A stretch of 64,000 nucleotides of DNA from a virus: IMG/VR virus record IMGVR_UViG_3300046512_000168, positions 1 through 64,000 of that record; one strand, given 5' to 3'. A model generated the notes under the pieces. The model was given only the letters and a program-made list of their open reading frames with translations. It had not been told where the DNA came from and did not search any database. Each line of letters opens with the position of its first letter. Position 1 is the stretch's first letter. The position numbers and the translations under genes were made by a program. This document shows positions 52,586 through 61,992 of this stretch, piece after piece.

Positions 52586-53363
52586 CCTACAACTGTTAGT
52601 TGTTCCATAACGTATGTTATGCGCTCTTTACGAGCGCACTGAAGGGGCCGGGGTGACCGGCTCTTTTCGAGCTGTTTGGGGAGAAGCCGAACCATAGCAC
52701 GATCGCAGCGGATTGCAACCCGTTGCGTTTTATTAGTTGACAAACACTCATACATATGACAGTATGAAACATAGGAAAAGGAGGCGGGAATGAACCTTTA
52801 CAACGCAGACATACTGATCAAGGCAACGGTCTACGTGAAGGCCGAGAGCGAGGAAGAGGCGCAAGAAAAGGTCCTCAAGCTCAATGGGCTCTGCCTGGAG
52901 CTGTCCGAGGACGAGCACGCCGAGCTGCCGATCACCGGCATGACCTACAACAACCCCGATCTGCCAGACATCAGCCTCTCACCGGCCGTGACGGTCGGTT
53001 ACGCGGACCCTATCCAGGTGGTCGAGGAAGATATCGACGCTGACCCGGAGGATCGCACCCTCCCCGGCGACGACAATGAGCCGGAGGACGCTTGATGCGC
53101 GAATATACCTTTGACCTGACACTGAAAGCAGCCGTCACCGTGAAGGCGGAGAACGCCGACCAGGCGCTGGCGATGGTGCAGACCGTGTTCGAATGTGCCG
53201 ACTGCAACGGCGGTGCCTGGCCGAATGGCGAGCCCGTCTTATTCGAGGCGTCCCTCGATCAGCGGCCAGACATCGGCATGATCGACGGCGAAGACGCCAG
53301 CATCCAGACCTTACGCGAGTGGGACGAGTTGCGCGAAGAGGAACAAGGCAGGATTGGTGACTG

Positions 53364-53753
53364 ATGGACAACCTAATCGTTCGAAAGCGTGTGCTAATGA
53401 ACAACGAGAACGTGCCACCTCCGAAACCGGAACAAGACTGGTACATGCGCTGGCCGAACGGATCGGAAGTCTACGCGGCCGGCGGCACGGGGCAGATCGA
53501 GCAGCAGCTCGGATGGGTTATCCGACGCGGAGCCGAGCACCTGGCTTTCCAGCGCACGGGCCCAGGTGAGGACGACATAAAATTCGCCGGCAGTGCGCCG
53601 GATGCGTCCTCGGCTATAGTCAAGCTGGGCGGCAAACTCTGGACTATCGGCTACAAGCCGCCTAGTCCCGCGCCCGCAAAGTCCCCTTCCCAGACAGCAT
53701 CTTCCGAACATCTGCCGGCGATAAGGAAAAGAGTTCGCCAGCCTTCTCAATAG
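53364..53753 (+). CDS. Hypothetical protein with IVRKRV at the N-terminus and IRKRVR at the C-terminus
   Basis: TGATG overlap start. Confidence 0.65.
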   Translation: MDNLIVRKRVLMNNENVPPPKPEQDWYMRWPNGSEVYAAGGTGQIEQQLGWVIRRGAEHLAFQRTGPGEDDIKFAGSAPDASSAIVKLGGKLWTIGYKPPSPAPAKSPSQTASSEHLPAIRKRVRQPSQ

Positions 53754-54024
53754 ACATGCCGTATTCAACGTATGTCTTCATCTTCTGGTACTCGGACGCG
53801 GTCATCAGGGGGCCGATTTCATCTATGAAAGTCTCGGCGATCTTTTCCTTTACCGCGCCCAGATGTTCGTCTGGGTTGTTGAAGCCCATGCGCTCGAAGG
53901 CGCTGCGCAACACCCGGTCAAGCATCATCGGCCGCTTGTATCCCAGAGGCACGATGGTCGAAGATAGCGCGCCAGCGAGGCGCTGCACGAGTCTCGGTTT
54001 TTCGGTCATCACCATACTGTTCAT
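53662..54024 (-). CDS. Lone minus-strand gene, C-terminal HTH (candidate regulator)
   Basis: AAGGA RBS before ATG 54024; GMSIEKAGELFSLSPADVRKML; fills a gap with no credible + strand gene. Confidence 0.6.
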   Translation of the reverse strand: MNSMVMTEKPRLVQRLAGALSSTIVPLGYKRPMMLDRVLRSAFERMGFNNPDEHLGAVKEKIAETFIDEIGPLMTASEYQKMKTYVEYGMSIEKAGELFSLSPADVRKMLSGKGTLRARD

Positions 54025-54448
54025 CTTGTTTTCTTCCTTCAATACAGTCCGATTTACTGTTCGTCCACTCTAAAGCGCCCACGGTTAACAGTTTGATAAC
54101 GCTAGATTTTACAGATGTAGGGGACAATTCCAGTGCAACGCGTTGCAGTATATTTGACAAACACTTTAATATATGGGATAGTGATCTTATCAAAGGAGGG
54201 CTACATATGCTAAGCATCACTAGCAGGGCAACCAAGAGAGACGTGCTTCTCGAAATAGATAAGGATTACAGTCGTCGCGGCTGCAGCTACGTGGTCTTCG
54301 CCAACGGCATTCCCGTCGACGGCGCGGCCACGATCATCAAGGCCAAGCGCGCCGCTAATGCTTTCGTCGGGGAACACGTGTTCGATCTCAAAGAGGCCCG
54401 CGTCCACGCATAAAATTGAAACCCGTTGCAACAGAAAGGTAACAACCA

Positions 54449-54922
54449 ATGACCACCATCTCCCCTGCCCCGCCCAGCAAATGGGCACTCTTTCGCCACT
54501 CGGTGGTCGCGGGGTTCAGGCGCGCCTCGGCCTGGCTCTGGCGGGGCTTTAAAGATTTGTGGGAATTTTTCGCACCCTACGCGCTAGTCCTCGGCGCCAT
54601 TCTTCTTTTCGCCCTGCTCTCGCATCTCGACGATCCGGAGCTGAAGACGCCGCTCAGCATCGTCCGCGTTGTCGTCATAATGACCGGGCTCTGGGGTGTG
54701 GACCTGGCCGCCAAGCGGGCGCAGGCAAAAGCCAATGCCAATTACGCCGATAAGCTCTTCGACTTCGTCATCGAAGATCGGGACGCCTCGATCAGCGTGG
54801 TCACCACCACGTCGCCGGAACTGCTGGCGCTCAAGGACGCCATCCCTGGCTTTCTGGCAGGCCACGCAGCGCTGCAGAAGGAAGTCATAGAGCTGCGGGC
54901 GAAGGTCAAAGCAGATGAGTAA
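54449..54922 (+). CDS. Membrane protein (2 TM)
   Basis: Two hydrophobic segments; AAAGG RBS. Confidence 0.65.
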   Translation: MTTISPAPPSKWALFRHSVVAGFRRASAWLWRGFKDLWEFFAPYALVLGAILLFALLSHLDDPELKTPLSIVRVVVIMTGLWGVDLAAKRAQAKANANYADKLFDFVIEDRDASISVVTTTSPELLALKDAIPGFLAGHAALQKEVIELRAKVKADE

Positions 54923-55240
54923 CGAGCGCGCTATCCAGATCGAGGAGCGGCGCGTAGAGGCCCTGGCCGCTAAATACGCCCCGCCCAAATCCCCCGAATA
55001 CGAAACGTCGACGCCTCGCCTGAAGAAGTTCGGTGGCGACATGCTGAATATCTCCTACCCGGAGATGGTGCAGCTCTCCGAAACGCTTGCGTTTCATCTG
55101 CACGCCGTTGCCGGTGTCACCGTCGGCCCCCACGACCTGGCCTCGGCCTTCTTCAAGACCGTCGAGACTATGAACTCCCTTCCAACTGAGAAGCCTGCCG
55201 AGAACACCTCTTCGGACAGGCGTAGCAAAGGAAATACCTG

Positions 55241-56149
55241 GTGACTATTGAACTCGTAACCAAGCCCTGGGTGGGCGTCCTGGCGCAGCCGCAGCTCAAT
55301 CTCGGCGTGATGGAGGCTTTCGCGGAAGAGCACGGCCTCGAAGAATTCGCCGGTGACTTCGGCGACCGCCCTGACACGCCGATCGGCCGCATCTTTCAGG
55401 CGCTCGAACGCGACGACGAAGCTTCGCACGCCGACCTCTTAACGGAATTCTCCGGCCGCTTCTGCTACCGCGCTTGGGACAAGGGCCGCTCAACCGGCGA
55501 ATACCTGAAGAACATCATCAGCGAGCGCCACGGAAGCGTACTTGCCCACTCGAACGTCTCCTTCATCATCACCGGCGTCTCGCGTTCCCTCACCCACGAG
55601 CTGGTCCGCCACCACGTCGGTACCAACCCGTCGCAGGAAAGCCAGCGCTACGTCACGGCCGAGGGTGGCGAGATCGAGATCGTCGGCTTCAAGGCCAATC
55701 GCGCCGTGGTACCACCGCTGATCATGAAGATGGCGGAGAACCCAGAGCTGATGACGCCTCGCGGCGAGAGCGTTGTCCTCACAGACTTCCTGGCGCACTA
55801 CGAGAACGCGCTGGACAGTTATCAGATTTGGCTTGACCGGCTGAAGGGCTCGATGTCTGCGCGCTTCGAAGACAACAAGACAATCGTCAAGAAGCGAGCC
55901 CAGGAAGCCGCCCGCTGCTTCCTTCCGAATGCGTCCGAGACGCGACTTGTGTGGACGATGAACCTGCGCGCCGCACGCAACGTCATCGAGCAGCGCGGCA
56001 ATCCAGGGGCCGATCTCGAAATTCGGCGCCTGGCCGTCGCGTTCACCCCGGAATTGAAACGCGTTGCACCGGAGACGTTCTTCGATTGCGAAGTCTACAC
56101 CGCCGCCGACGGCTTCGAGGCCGTGCGGGTGGAATACTCGAAGGTCTAA
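55241..56149 (+). CDS. thyX: Flavin-dependent thymidylate synthase
   Basis: GRFCY, HGSVL.H, SRSLTHELVRH..SQESQRY, EAAR..LPN, N.R, EIR. Confidence 0.95.
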   Translation: MTIELVTKPWVGVLAQPQLNLGVMEAFAEEHGLEEFAGDFGDRPDTPIGRIFQALERDDEASHADLLTEFSGRFCYRAWDKGRSTGEYLKNIISERHGSVLAHSNVSFIITGVSRSLTHELVRHHVGTNPSQESQRYVTAEGGEIEIVGFKANRAVVPPLIMKMAENPELMTPRGESVVLTDFLAHYENALDSYQIWLDRLKGSMSARFEDNKTIVKKRAQEAARCFLPNASETRLVWTMNLRAARNVIEQRGNPGADLEIRRLAVAFTPELKRVAPETFFDCEVYTAADGFEAVRVEYSKV

Positions 56150-56464
56150 GACGATGCAGCTTGGCGACAACACGAATTTTACATCGTTCTATGATACGGC
56201 ACAGAATTTCGTGAAGTTGGCGCAGTGTGGCGACGTGATGACGGGCACAGTCCTCTATCACCAAGGCCACGCAGTCGCCCGCATCGTCGACGATCGGCAC
56301 ATGCAGATCACGACGCGGAAGGACCTGCCGGCAGCAACGCATGGTCTGGCTGGCGTCGTCGGGCACGTCGCCAAGCGCAGCGGTATGCTTTTGATAAACA
56401 AAGACTTAAAGGAGCAAGCGACGCACATCTAAGACGCAAATTCTTGGTGCAACGCGTTGCAGGA

Positions 56465-56508
56465 AAACCTCGGCCGGGCCCATCCACCCCTGCCGGGGTT
56501 TTCTTTTT
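56465..56508 (+). terminator. Probable intrinsic terminator
   Basis: aaaacctcggc / gccggggtttt stem plus T tract. Confidence 0.6.
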
Positions 56509-56742
56509 GTGCACCGCACATTTTTTCTTAAAATCGCTGGAACCAAATTTATCGGCGTGCGTTTATAGCCCGTTATGCCTGCACTTGAGGGACGCACTGA
56601 TCCAAAATAGCTAGGTAAAACATAGTTGTAGACTCAACAGGTCTAAGTTATATTCACCGCGTCCACTTTTGCGCGTAGCATGCGAGTGGCAGGCATTCGG
56701 ACAGTCCCATTGGGAGGGCTGCTCCCGGAAGAAGGGGTTTAA

Positions 56743-57204
56743 ATGCTAATGATCAAGTACCATCGTCAGCCCGCAAAGGGCGATGAGAATGACTTGCAGA
56801 CCATCCTGAAAGACCCGGAGACGAAGGACTACCAGGACCTGCGCGACCGCGCAGCCTATGTCTACATCACCGGCACATTTCCGACGCATCTCCGCTCGTA
56901 CATGATGAGCCTGCTGCGCATAGGGACTGCGTACAGTTTGAAACCCGTTGCACTGGATGGCAGATCGGGTTCCATGGAGCTGACGCCTGAAGTGCGGAAG
57001 GCCCTCGACCTCGAAGATCACCCGATGGTTTCGCGCACGCGCGACTTCGTCAACGAAGGATACAAGATTTTCTTTCAGCGCGACGTAAACGAGCGCCGAC
57101 CATACTCCAAGGTCCTGCTTTACAAGAAGGACGGCGGGGTCATGCACAAGCTCGTCGTCCAGGCCGACGGCTCCATACTCGAAGGCTGGCCAACTCGTTC
57201 GTAA
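56743..57204 (+). CDS. Hypothetical protein
   Basis: 153-aa ORF after a 310-bp non-coding leader. Confidence 0.65.
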   Translation: MLMIKYHRQPAKGDENDLQTILKDPETKDYQDLRDRAAYVYITGTFPTHLRSYMMSLLRIGTAYSLKPVALDGRSGSMELTPEVRKALDLEDHPMVSRTRDFVNEGYKIFFQRDVNERRPYSKVLLYKKDGGVMHKLVVQADGSILEGWPTRS

Positions 57205-57270
57205 TATTATTTGACAAACACTTACACTTGTGGCACTGTATAAGTATAACAAACCACAGGTGTCAGAACC

Positions 57271-57660
57271 ATGTCAAATTCGGTCGTAACGACCAAGATA
57301 GGGGTGCGGACAGACGCACCCCATATTCCCGCACGCGGCTCGAAGGCGTATAAGCTACTCTCGCATCTTCTGAGGGGAGTCGAGATCGATGCCGGGTACG
57401 CTTACCTGGAGCTCAATCTTCCGACCTTACAGGCCAGAGCATCCGAATTGCGCAAACTCGGCTGGCCTGTGCGTGCACTCGAACGCCCCCATCCCAGGTT
57501 GATTAACGAAAAGACTGTGTACTATCTTCTCGATGCAACTTTTCGCCAATGGATTGCGGAAAATTCTGATAAGCATCCGAACGAGTACCCAGGGCTAGAG
57601 GGTCGAGGCAAGTACATTCCGCAGCGTGACGAAGGCACCGGAAATGGGGGTGGGCCTTGA
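57271..57660 (+). CDS. Winged-HTH DNA-binding protein
   Basis: LQARASELRKLGW.V..YYL; first gene after the promoter at 57211. Confidence 0.65.
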   Translation: MSNSVVTTKIGVRTDAPHIPARGSKAYKLLSHLLRGVEIDAGYAYLELNLPTLQARASELRKLGWPVRALERPHPRLINEKTVYYLLDATFRQWIAENSDKHPNEYPGLEGRGKYIPQRDEGTGNGGGP

Positions 57661-58271
57661 TTGAGTGGATAGCAAGCATAGTACCAAATACACCACAAAC
57701 GAGATGGGCATTGGACGAGTTCATTACCTTGACTGCATTATTCGCCAGCGCCGCATTCGGTATATGGTACATTGTTCGAGCGATAGAGCGGCACACGCGC
57801 CGCATCATGACCGCCAATATTGAAAATCCGAGCAGACCATTTACTGTATCATTTTCGCCCGATGCCCCCGGTCTGCAGGACGCTTACCGCGTCGACGCCT
57901 GGGTCCGTTGCACCCCGCTTGAGGCACTATTTTTCAACCCCTCCTCTAAGAGGTGGCAGGGTTACCGGCAGATCGCCGGTCTCGGCTCTGCCTTCGTCAA
58001 CGGCGCCCTGGTCACATTCCGAGCAGTACCGACCGGCGTGTCGGAAGACTTCCTGGCCGAACTGACCGAGGCCGCCGAGGATGGCTTAATCCCTCCCGAT
58101 CTCCTCTCTCGCCTGGCAGACATGGACCCTAATGAGGTCTTCTCTCTTGTCGAGGCGATGGGCCTTGTCCGACAATTCAACACTGCACTTGAGGCGGCTG
58201 CCCAGCCAGAGACTCCGGAGCCGATACTGTCGGCCTTCCGCATCCAGCGTCGCGCCATCGATCTCGACTGA
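57657..58271 (+). CDS. Membrane-anchored hypothetical protein ending RRAIDLD
   Basis: One TM segment; TTGA overlap. Confidence 0.6.
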   Translation: MIEWIASIVPNTPQTRWALDEFITLTALFASAAFGIWYIVRAIERHTRRIMTANIENPSRPFTVSFSPDAPGLQDAYRVDAWVRCTPLEALFFNPSSKRWQGYRQIAGLGSAFVNGALVTFRAVPTGVSEDFLAELTEAAEDGLIPPDLLSRLADMDPNEVFSLVEAMGLVRQFNTALEAAAQPETPEPILSAFRIQRRAIDLD

Positions 58272-58386
58272 GAAAATTGCAACGCGTTGCAAACTGTAGC
58301 CGCGTAAACGCTACAGACACTTGTGGGTTTCAGCTTCGCGGAGTATGGTGCGCCAGTTTTCAGCATCAAAGTAGCGAGGCCCGATC

Positions 58387-60162
58387 GTGGCAGATGAGCC
58401 GAACATCCGCAAACGGACCCGAACCGAAACGCGCCGCGTGCCTCCGTCTAGGGACGTAAAGGGCAGCGTCGAAGTCCGGATGAAGGAATTCGTCAATACC
58501 CAGTCGCTCGCAGACCCGTTTGACGGCTATTATTCGACCGGCGTTGGGCATGCAAACGACGTGCTGCAGCCGCCGTATAATCCGTACTCACTGGCCCGCC
58601 TCCCCTACGAGAATTCCGCCCTGCTCGGCTGCATCGACGCTATGGTGCGCAATTGCCACGGCCACGGCTGGCAGCTCGAATATATCGGGCCCGACGGCCA
58701 GGAAAAAAGCTCCGGCGCAGAGGCCGAGAAGAAAATTCTCGAAAAGCTGCTGAAGTTCCCGAACGACCAGTATTCCCTGCAGGAGCTGGCCGAGCGTGCC
58801 CGCTTCGACAAGGAAAGCATGGGCTATTTCTGCATCGAGGCACCGCGCGATCGCAAGGGACGCGTAACGTCGCTCTTCCACATCCCGGCGCAGACCATGC
58901 GCATCACCACCCGTGACGTCGAAGAGACAGAAGTCGAGGTCAAGCTTCCGCGTGACGGGGCCGACACTTCTAAGATCAAGCGCCGCTTCCGCCGTTTTGT
59001 GCAGATCGTCAACGAGAAGAAGGTCTACTTCAAGGAATTTGGCGACCCGCGCCGGATCGACCCGGCAACCGGTAAGGTCAATGACGCGCTAAGCATCGAT
59101 CAGCAGGCGACCGAGATCATCTATTCCGGCGTCTATTTCCCGACGTCCCCCTACGGCGTGCCGCGCTGGATAAACCAGCTCCCGTCGATCATGGGCGCAC
59201 GCCAGGCCGAGCTGACGAACTACGACTTCTTCAAGGACAACGCGATCCCGGCCTTGGCCGTGCTTGTCTCGGGCGGCGTGCTGACGCAGCAGTCGATGGA
59301 AATGATCGAGGATCAGTTGACCTCTATCAAGGGCCGGCAGGCCACGCACCGTATGGTCATCCTCGAAGCGCGCGGCGACGAAGACCTCGCATCCCAGGAC
59401 GGCCAGGTGCCAATCCCGCGCATCGAGCTCAAGCCGCTTCGCGATGCCCAGCAGAAAGACGCTTTGTTCGCCGAGTACGAAGTTGCCTCCGAGCAAAAGG
59501 TTCGTTCTGCTTTCCGGCTACCGCCGCTCTTCGTCGGCCGCTCCCAGGACATCACCTTCGCGTCCGCGCAGACCTCCTATGAGGTTGCCGAGGGCCAGGT
59601 GTTCGGTCCCGAGCGCAGGCAGTTCGACAGCATGATGGACCTGCACGTCCTCGGCTCCTATGACGCCAAGTTCTGGGCATTCCGCTCGCAGCAGGCGAAG
59701 ATCACCGACCCGTCGGCTGTCGTCAACGCGATGACGGCGTTCAACGATCTTGGCGCGATGACCCCGAATATCGCTATCGCCCTCGCCAACGAGTATTTCG
59801 ATCTTGAGCTGGAGAAGATCAAGGAAGACTGGGGCAACTGGCCGTTCGAGATCGTCAAGAACCTCGCCAGCGCCGGCAAGCTCGAAGGCTCTCAGGTTAT
59901 CGAACGGAAGATCACGGTCAACGCAGACGGCTCGAAGACGGATGCCAACGGCAATCTTATCGAGGCTGCCCCGCAGCCGAAGGGCGGTTTCGCGCAGGAC
60001 AATGGCAAGACGCCGGCAAACGACGACACCCCGAAAGACAAGGCTCCGCCCAAGGCCAAAAAAGTCGCCGATGAGGCAACTCTTGTTGCCGTCAGCGTCG
60101 CCATGAGGGACCTGCACGACATCTTGCGGACCAATGCCGATGCTCAGCCTGCTACCGCTTGA
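58387..60162 (+). CDS. Portal protein (PBSX-like)
   Basis: YGVPRW..FFKDNAIP..V.GG..KDALF..VRSAFRLPP..FASA. Confidence 0.9.
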   Translation: MADEPNIRKRTRTETRRVPPSRDVKGSVEVRMKEFVNTQSLADPFDGYYSTGVGHANDVLQPPYNPYSLARLPYENSALLGCIDAMVRNCHGHGWQLEYIGPDGQEKSSGAEAEKKILEKLLKFPNDQYSLQELAERARFDKESMGYFCIEAPRDRKGRVTSLFHIPAQTMRITTRDVEETEVEVKLPRDGADTSKIKRRFRRFVQIVNEKKVYFKEFGDPRRIDPATGKVNDALSIDQQATEIIYSGVYFPTSPYGVPRWINQLPSIMGARQAELTNYDFFKDNAIPALAVLVSGGVLTQQSMEMIEDQLTSIKGRQATHRMVILEARGDEDLASQDGQVPIPRIELKPLRDAQQKDALFAEYEVASEQKVRSAFRLPPLFVGRSQDITFASAQTSYEVAEGQVFGPERRQFDSMMDLHVLGSYDAKFWAFRSQQAKITDPSAVVNAMTAFNDLGAMTPNIAIALANEYFDLELEKIKEDWGNWPFEIVKNLASAGKLEGSQVIERKITVNADGSKTDANGNLIEAAPQPKGGFAQDNGKTPANDDTPKDKAPPKAKKVADEATLVAVSVAMRDLHDILRTNADAQPATA

Positions 60163-61123
60163 GGCGCCGGAAAATTGCAACTGTTGCAGCGACCCGCTTC
60201 TCCTGCGGTGGCACGGCATTGCCCGGACGATGGATTTTCCTGTCACGCTGCAGGTGATGCGCGACGACGGCATATACGACGAGGATGGCGAAGACGCCTT
60301 TCTCGACGATGAGCTGTCCATCGCCGCCGCGCTGTCGGCCGCCTGGTCTACCGCCGTCGCCAAAGTAAGGCCGCTCTTTACGCGCGTCTTCGATGTTGCC
60401 TTCTCGACCGGCAATCTGCAGGCTGCAGTCGACGAGGCCGCTCCGATCATGAACAACCTCTACGCGGGCGCTGCTCCGGAGGTGGAGAAGGCCATCCGCA
60501 ATACGCTGGTCACAGGCGTCAATGCGCTAGGCTCCGGCCATAACGCGCCAGGCGGTGGTGGCGGTGGTGGCGACATCCCAATTATCGACACGCCGTCGGC
60601 ACGCCAGTTCGAGGCCGCCATTCGTGCGGCAACCCGCTACTCGACGAACAACTTCTTCAACACGCAGATCGTGCCAGGCATCATGCGGTCGATCGACACG
60701 GCGTTCCATTCTCTGGACGCGCCGAGCCTTCCTGACCTACAGGCAGAGATCGCCCGCCATTTCCGCACGGTGCCCTACTGGCACCTGATCGCCAACGTCG
60801 CAGCCTCGCGCGGCTACCATTACGGTTACCTGCGCACGATGCAGGCCCGTGGCATTCTCGGCTATCGCTTCGTAGCCGTCATTGACGGGCGCACATCCGC
60901 CATCTGCCGGTCGATGAACGGGCGCGAATTCCTGGTAGCTGACGCGATCAACCTTCTCGACGGCCTCGCCAACGACCCGGACCCAATGGCCAGCAAGACG
61001 CGCACGCCCTGGGTTTCAGCCGAGACTGTCGAAGGCAAGTCCAGCCAGGAGCTGGCGAACATGGGGGTGATGATCCCTCCCCTGCACCCGCGCTGCCGAT
61101 CAACCATCTACCCGATCTATTGA
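60134..61123 (+). CDS. Head morphogenesis protein (SPP1 gp7 / Mu F family)
   Basis: AVIDGRTSAICRSMNG..PPLHPRCRS. Confidence 0.9.
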   Translation: MPMLSLLPLEAPENCNCCSDPLLLRWHGIARTMDFPVTLQVMRDDGIYDEDGEDAFLDDELSIAAALSAAWSTAVAKVRPLFTRVFDVAFSTGNLQAAVDEAAPIMNNLYAGAAPEVEKAIRNTLVTGVNALGSGHNAPGGGGGGGDIPIIDTPSARQFEAAIRAATRYSTNNFFNTQIVPGIMRSIDTAFHSLDAPSLPDLQAEIARHFRTVPYWHLIANVAASRGYHYGYLRTMQARGILGYRFVAVIDGRTSAICRSMNGREFLVADAINLLDGLANDPDPMASKTRTPWVSAETVEGKSSQELANMGVMIPPLHPRCRSTIYPIY

Positions 61124-61130
61124 GGACACC

Positions 61131-61637
61131 ATGACAGAGAAATTCGTCTGCGGTCGCTACGAGCAGGAAGTTCGTGGCGGACCCTGGAACTTCCCCGAGC
61201 CGACGCTGCGCGCGGACGGGACATGCTCGCATTGCGGCTCGTTATCCGAGGAGAAGTTCTTCGAGTGCGCCGACGCCGGCATGAAGATCACCCCGACCGA
61301 CAAGAGCTACAAGGCCTATGTCGACGTGCCGGACCCCGACGAAGGCAAGCCGCGCGTCATCTCGACCACTAATTTCGAGCGGGAGGGCTACACCCTCGTC
61401 ACCCCGGAAAACGTCGATAGCCTGCCGCTCGATGACTATGGTCGCCAGCACTACGTCAACGGGCGGACGTGGGTGCAGTTCGCACCGCGCGGGGCGACGA
61501 AGTTCGGGAAGTTCTACTTCCAGCACCTGTCCGAGGCCGGCCGCGACAAGTTCATCGAATATGCCAACGAAAAGAAGTTCAACCTGGCGGAGCCCGGCTA
61601 TTTCTACGCCCGCCCTTATTTCACGAGGCCAGCATGA
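61131..61637 (+). CDS. Hypothetical protein
   Basis: GAGG RBS; CSHCGS..PTDKSYK..KFYFQH. Confidence 0.65.
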   Translation: MTEKFVCGRYEQEVRGGPWNFPEPTLRADGTCSHCGSLSEEKFFECADAGMKITPTDKSYKAYVDVPDPDEGKPRVISTTNFEREGYTLVTPENVDSLPLDDYGRQHYVNGRTWVQFAPRGATKFGKFYFQHLSEAGRDKFIEYANEKKFNLAEPGYFYARPYFTRPA

Positions 61638-61992
61638 CCAAGACGCCCATCCTGATGTCCGCAGAAAATCCGACAGGCTGGAAGCTCGAAGACCTTCTGT
61701 CGCAGCTCCGCGACGAAGTCCTGGCGAAGACGAGCAAGATCAAGGATGACGATCGTCCCGTCGCCCAGCGCGTCACCCAGAACAATCGCACCATCCTGCA
61801 GTACCTGACGGCGGCAGAGACCCTGCAGCGAGACAGCCTTGCCGCGCTTGCAACAGTTGCACCGGACCCCGGCCCGCTCTTCAAGCCCCGCATCGGCGTT
61901 GGCTCGGATGGTTTCGACGTGGCAAGCGAACAGCCTGACCCTCTCGGACGATAAACCCCTTGCAAGCTAGGTAAATATCGCCTAGACATGTT

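Larger units (their letters stand above)
3766..57240 (+). promoter_or_regulatory. Family of 17 conserved sigma70-type phage promoters TTGAC[AG]-AACACTTAGATATGTAG-GATAnT; -35 boxes at 3766, 4939, 13428, 18231, 20583, 23924, 26308, 27701, 30780, 32448, 34898, 38730, 47515, 48366, 52737, 54154, 57211
   Basis: Near-identical -35 and 17-bp spacer in AT-rich gaps directly upstream of + strand gene clusters. Confidence 0.88.

Noticed and set aside
53756-54073. 105-aa + strand ORF
   Set aside because: No RBS and atypical composition; it is the antisense shadow of the minus-strand HTH gene.
60176-61861. TGCAAC-N-GTTGCA with 1-bp spacer at 60176 and 61849, and weak variants at 52286 and 31722
   Set aside because: Spacing or half-sites differ from the family; excluded from counts though they may be weak sites.
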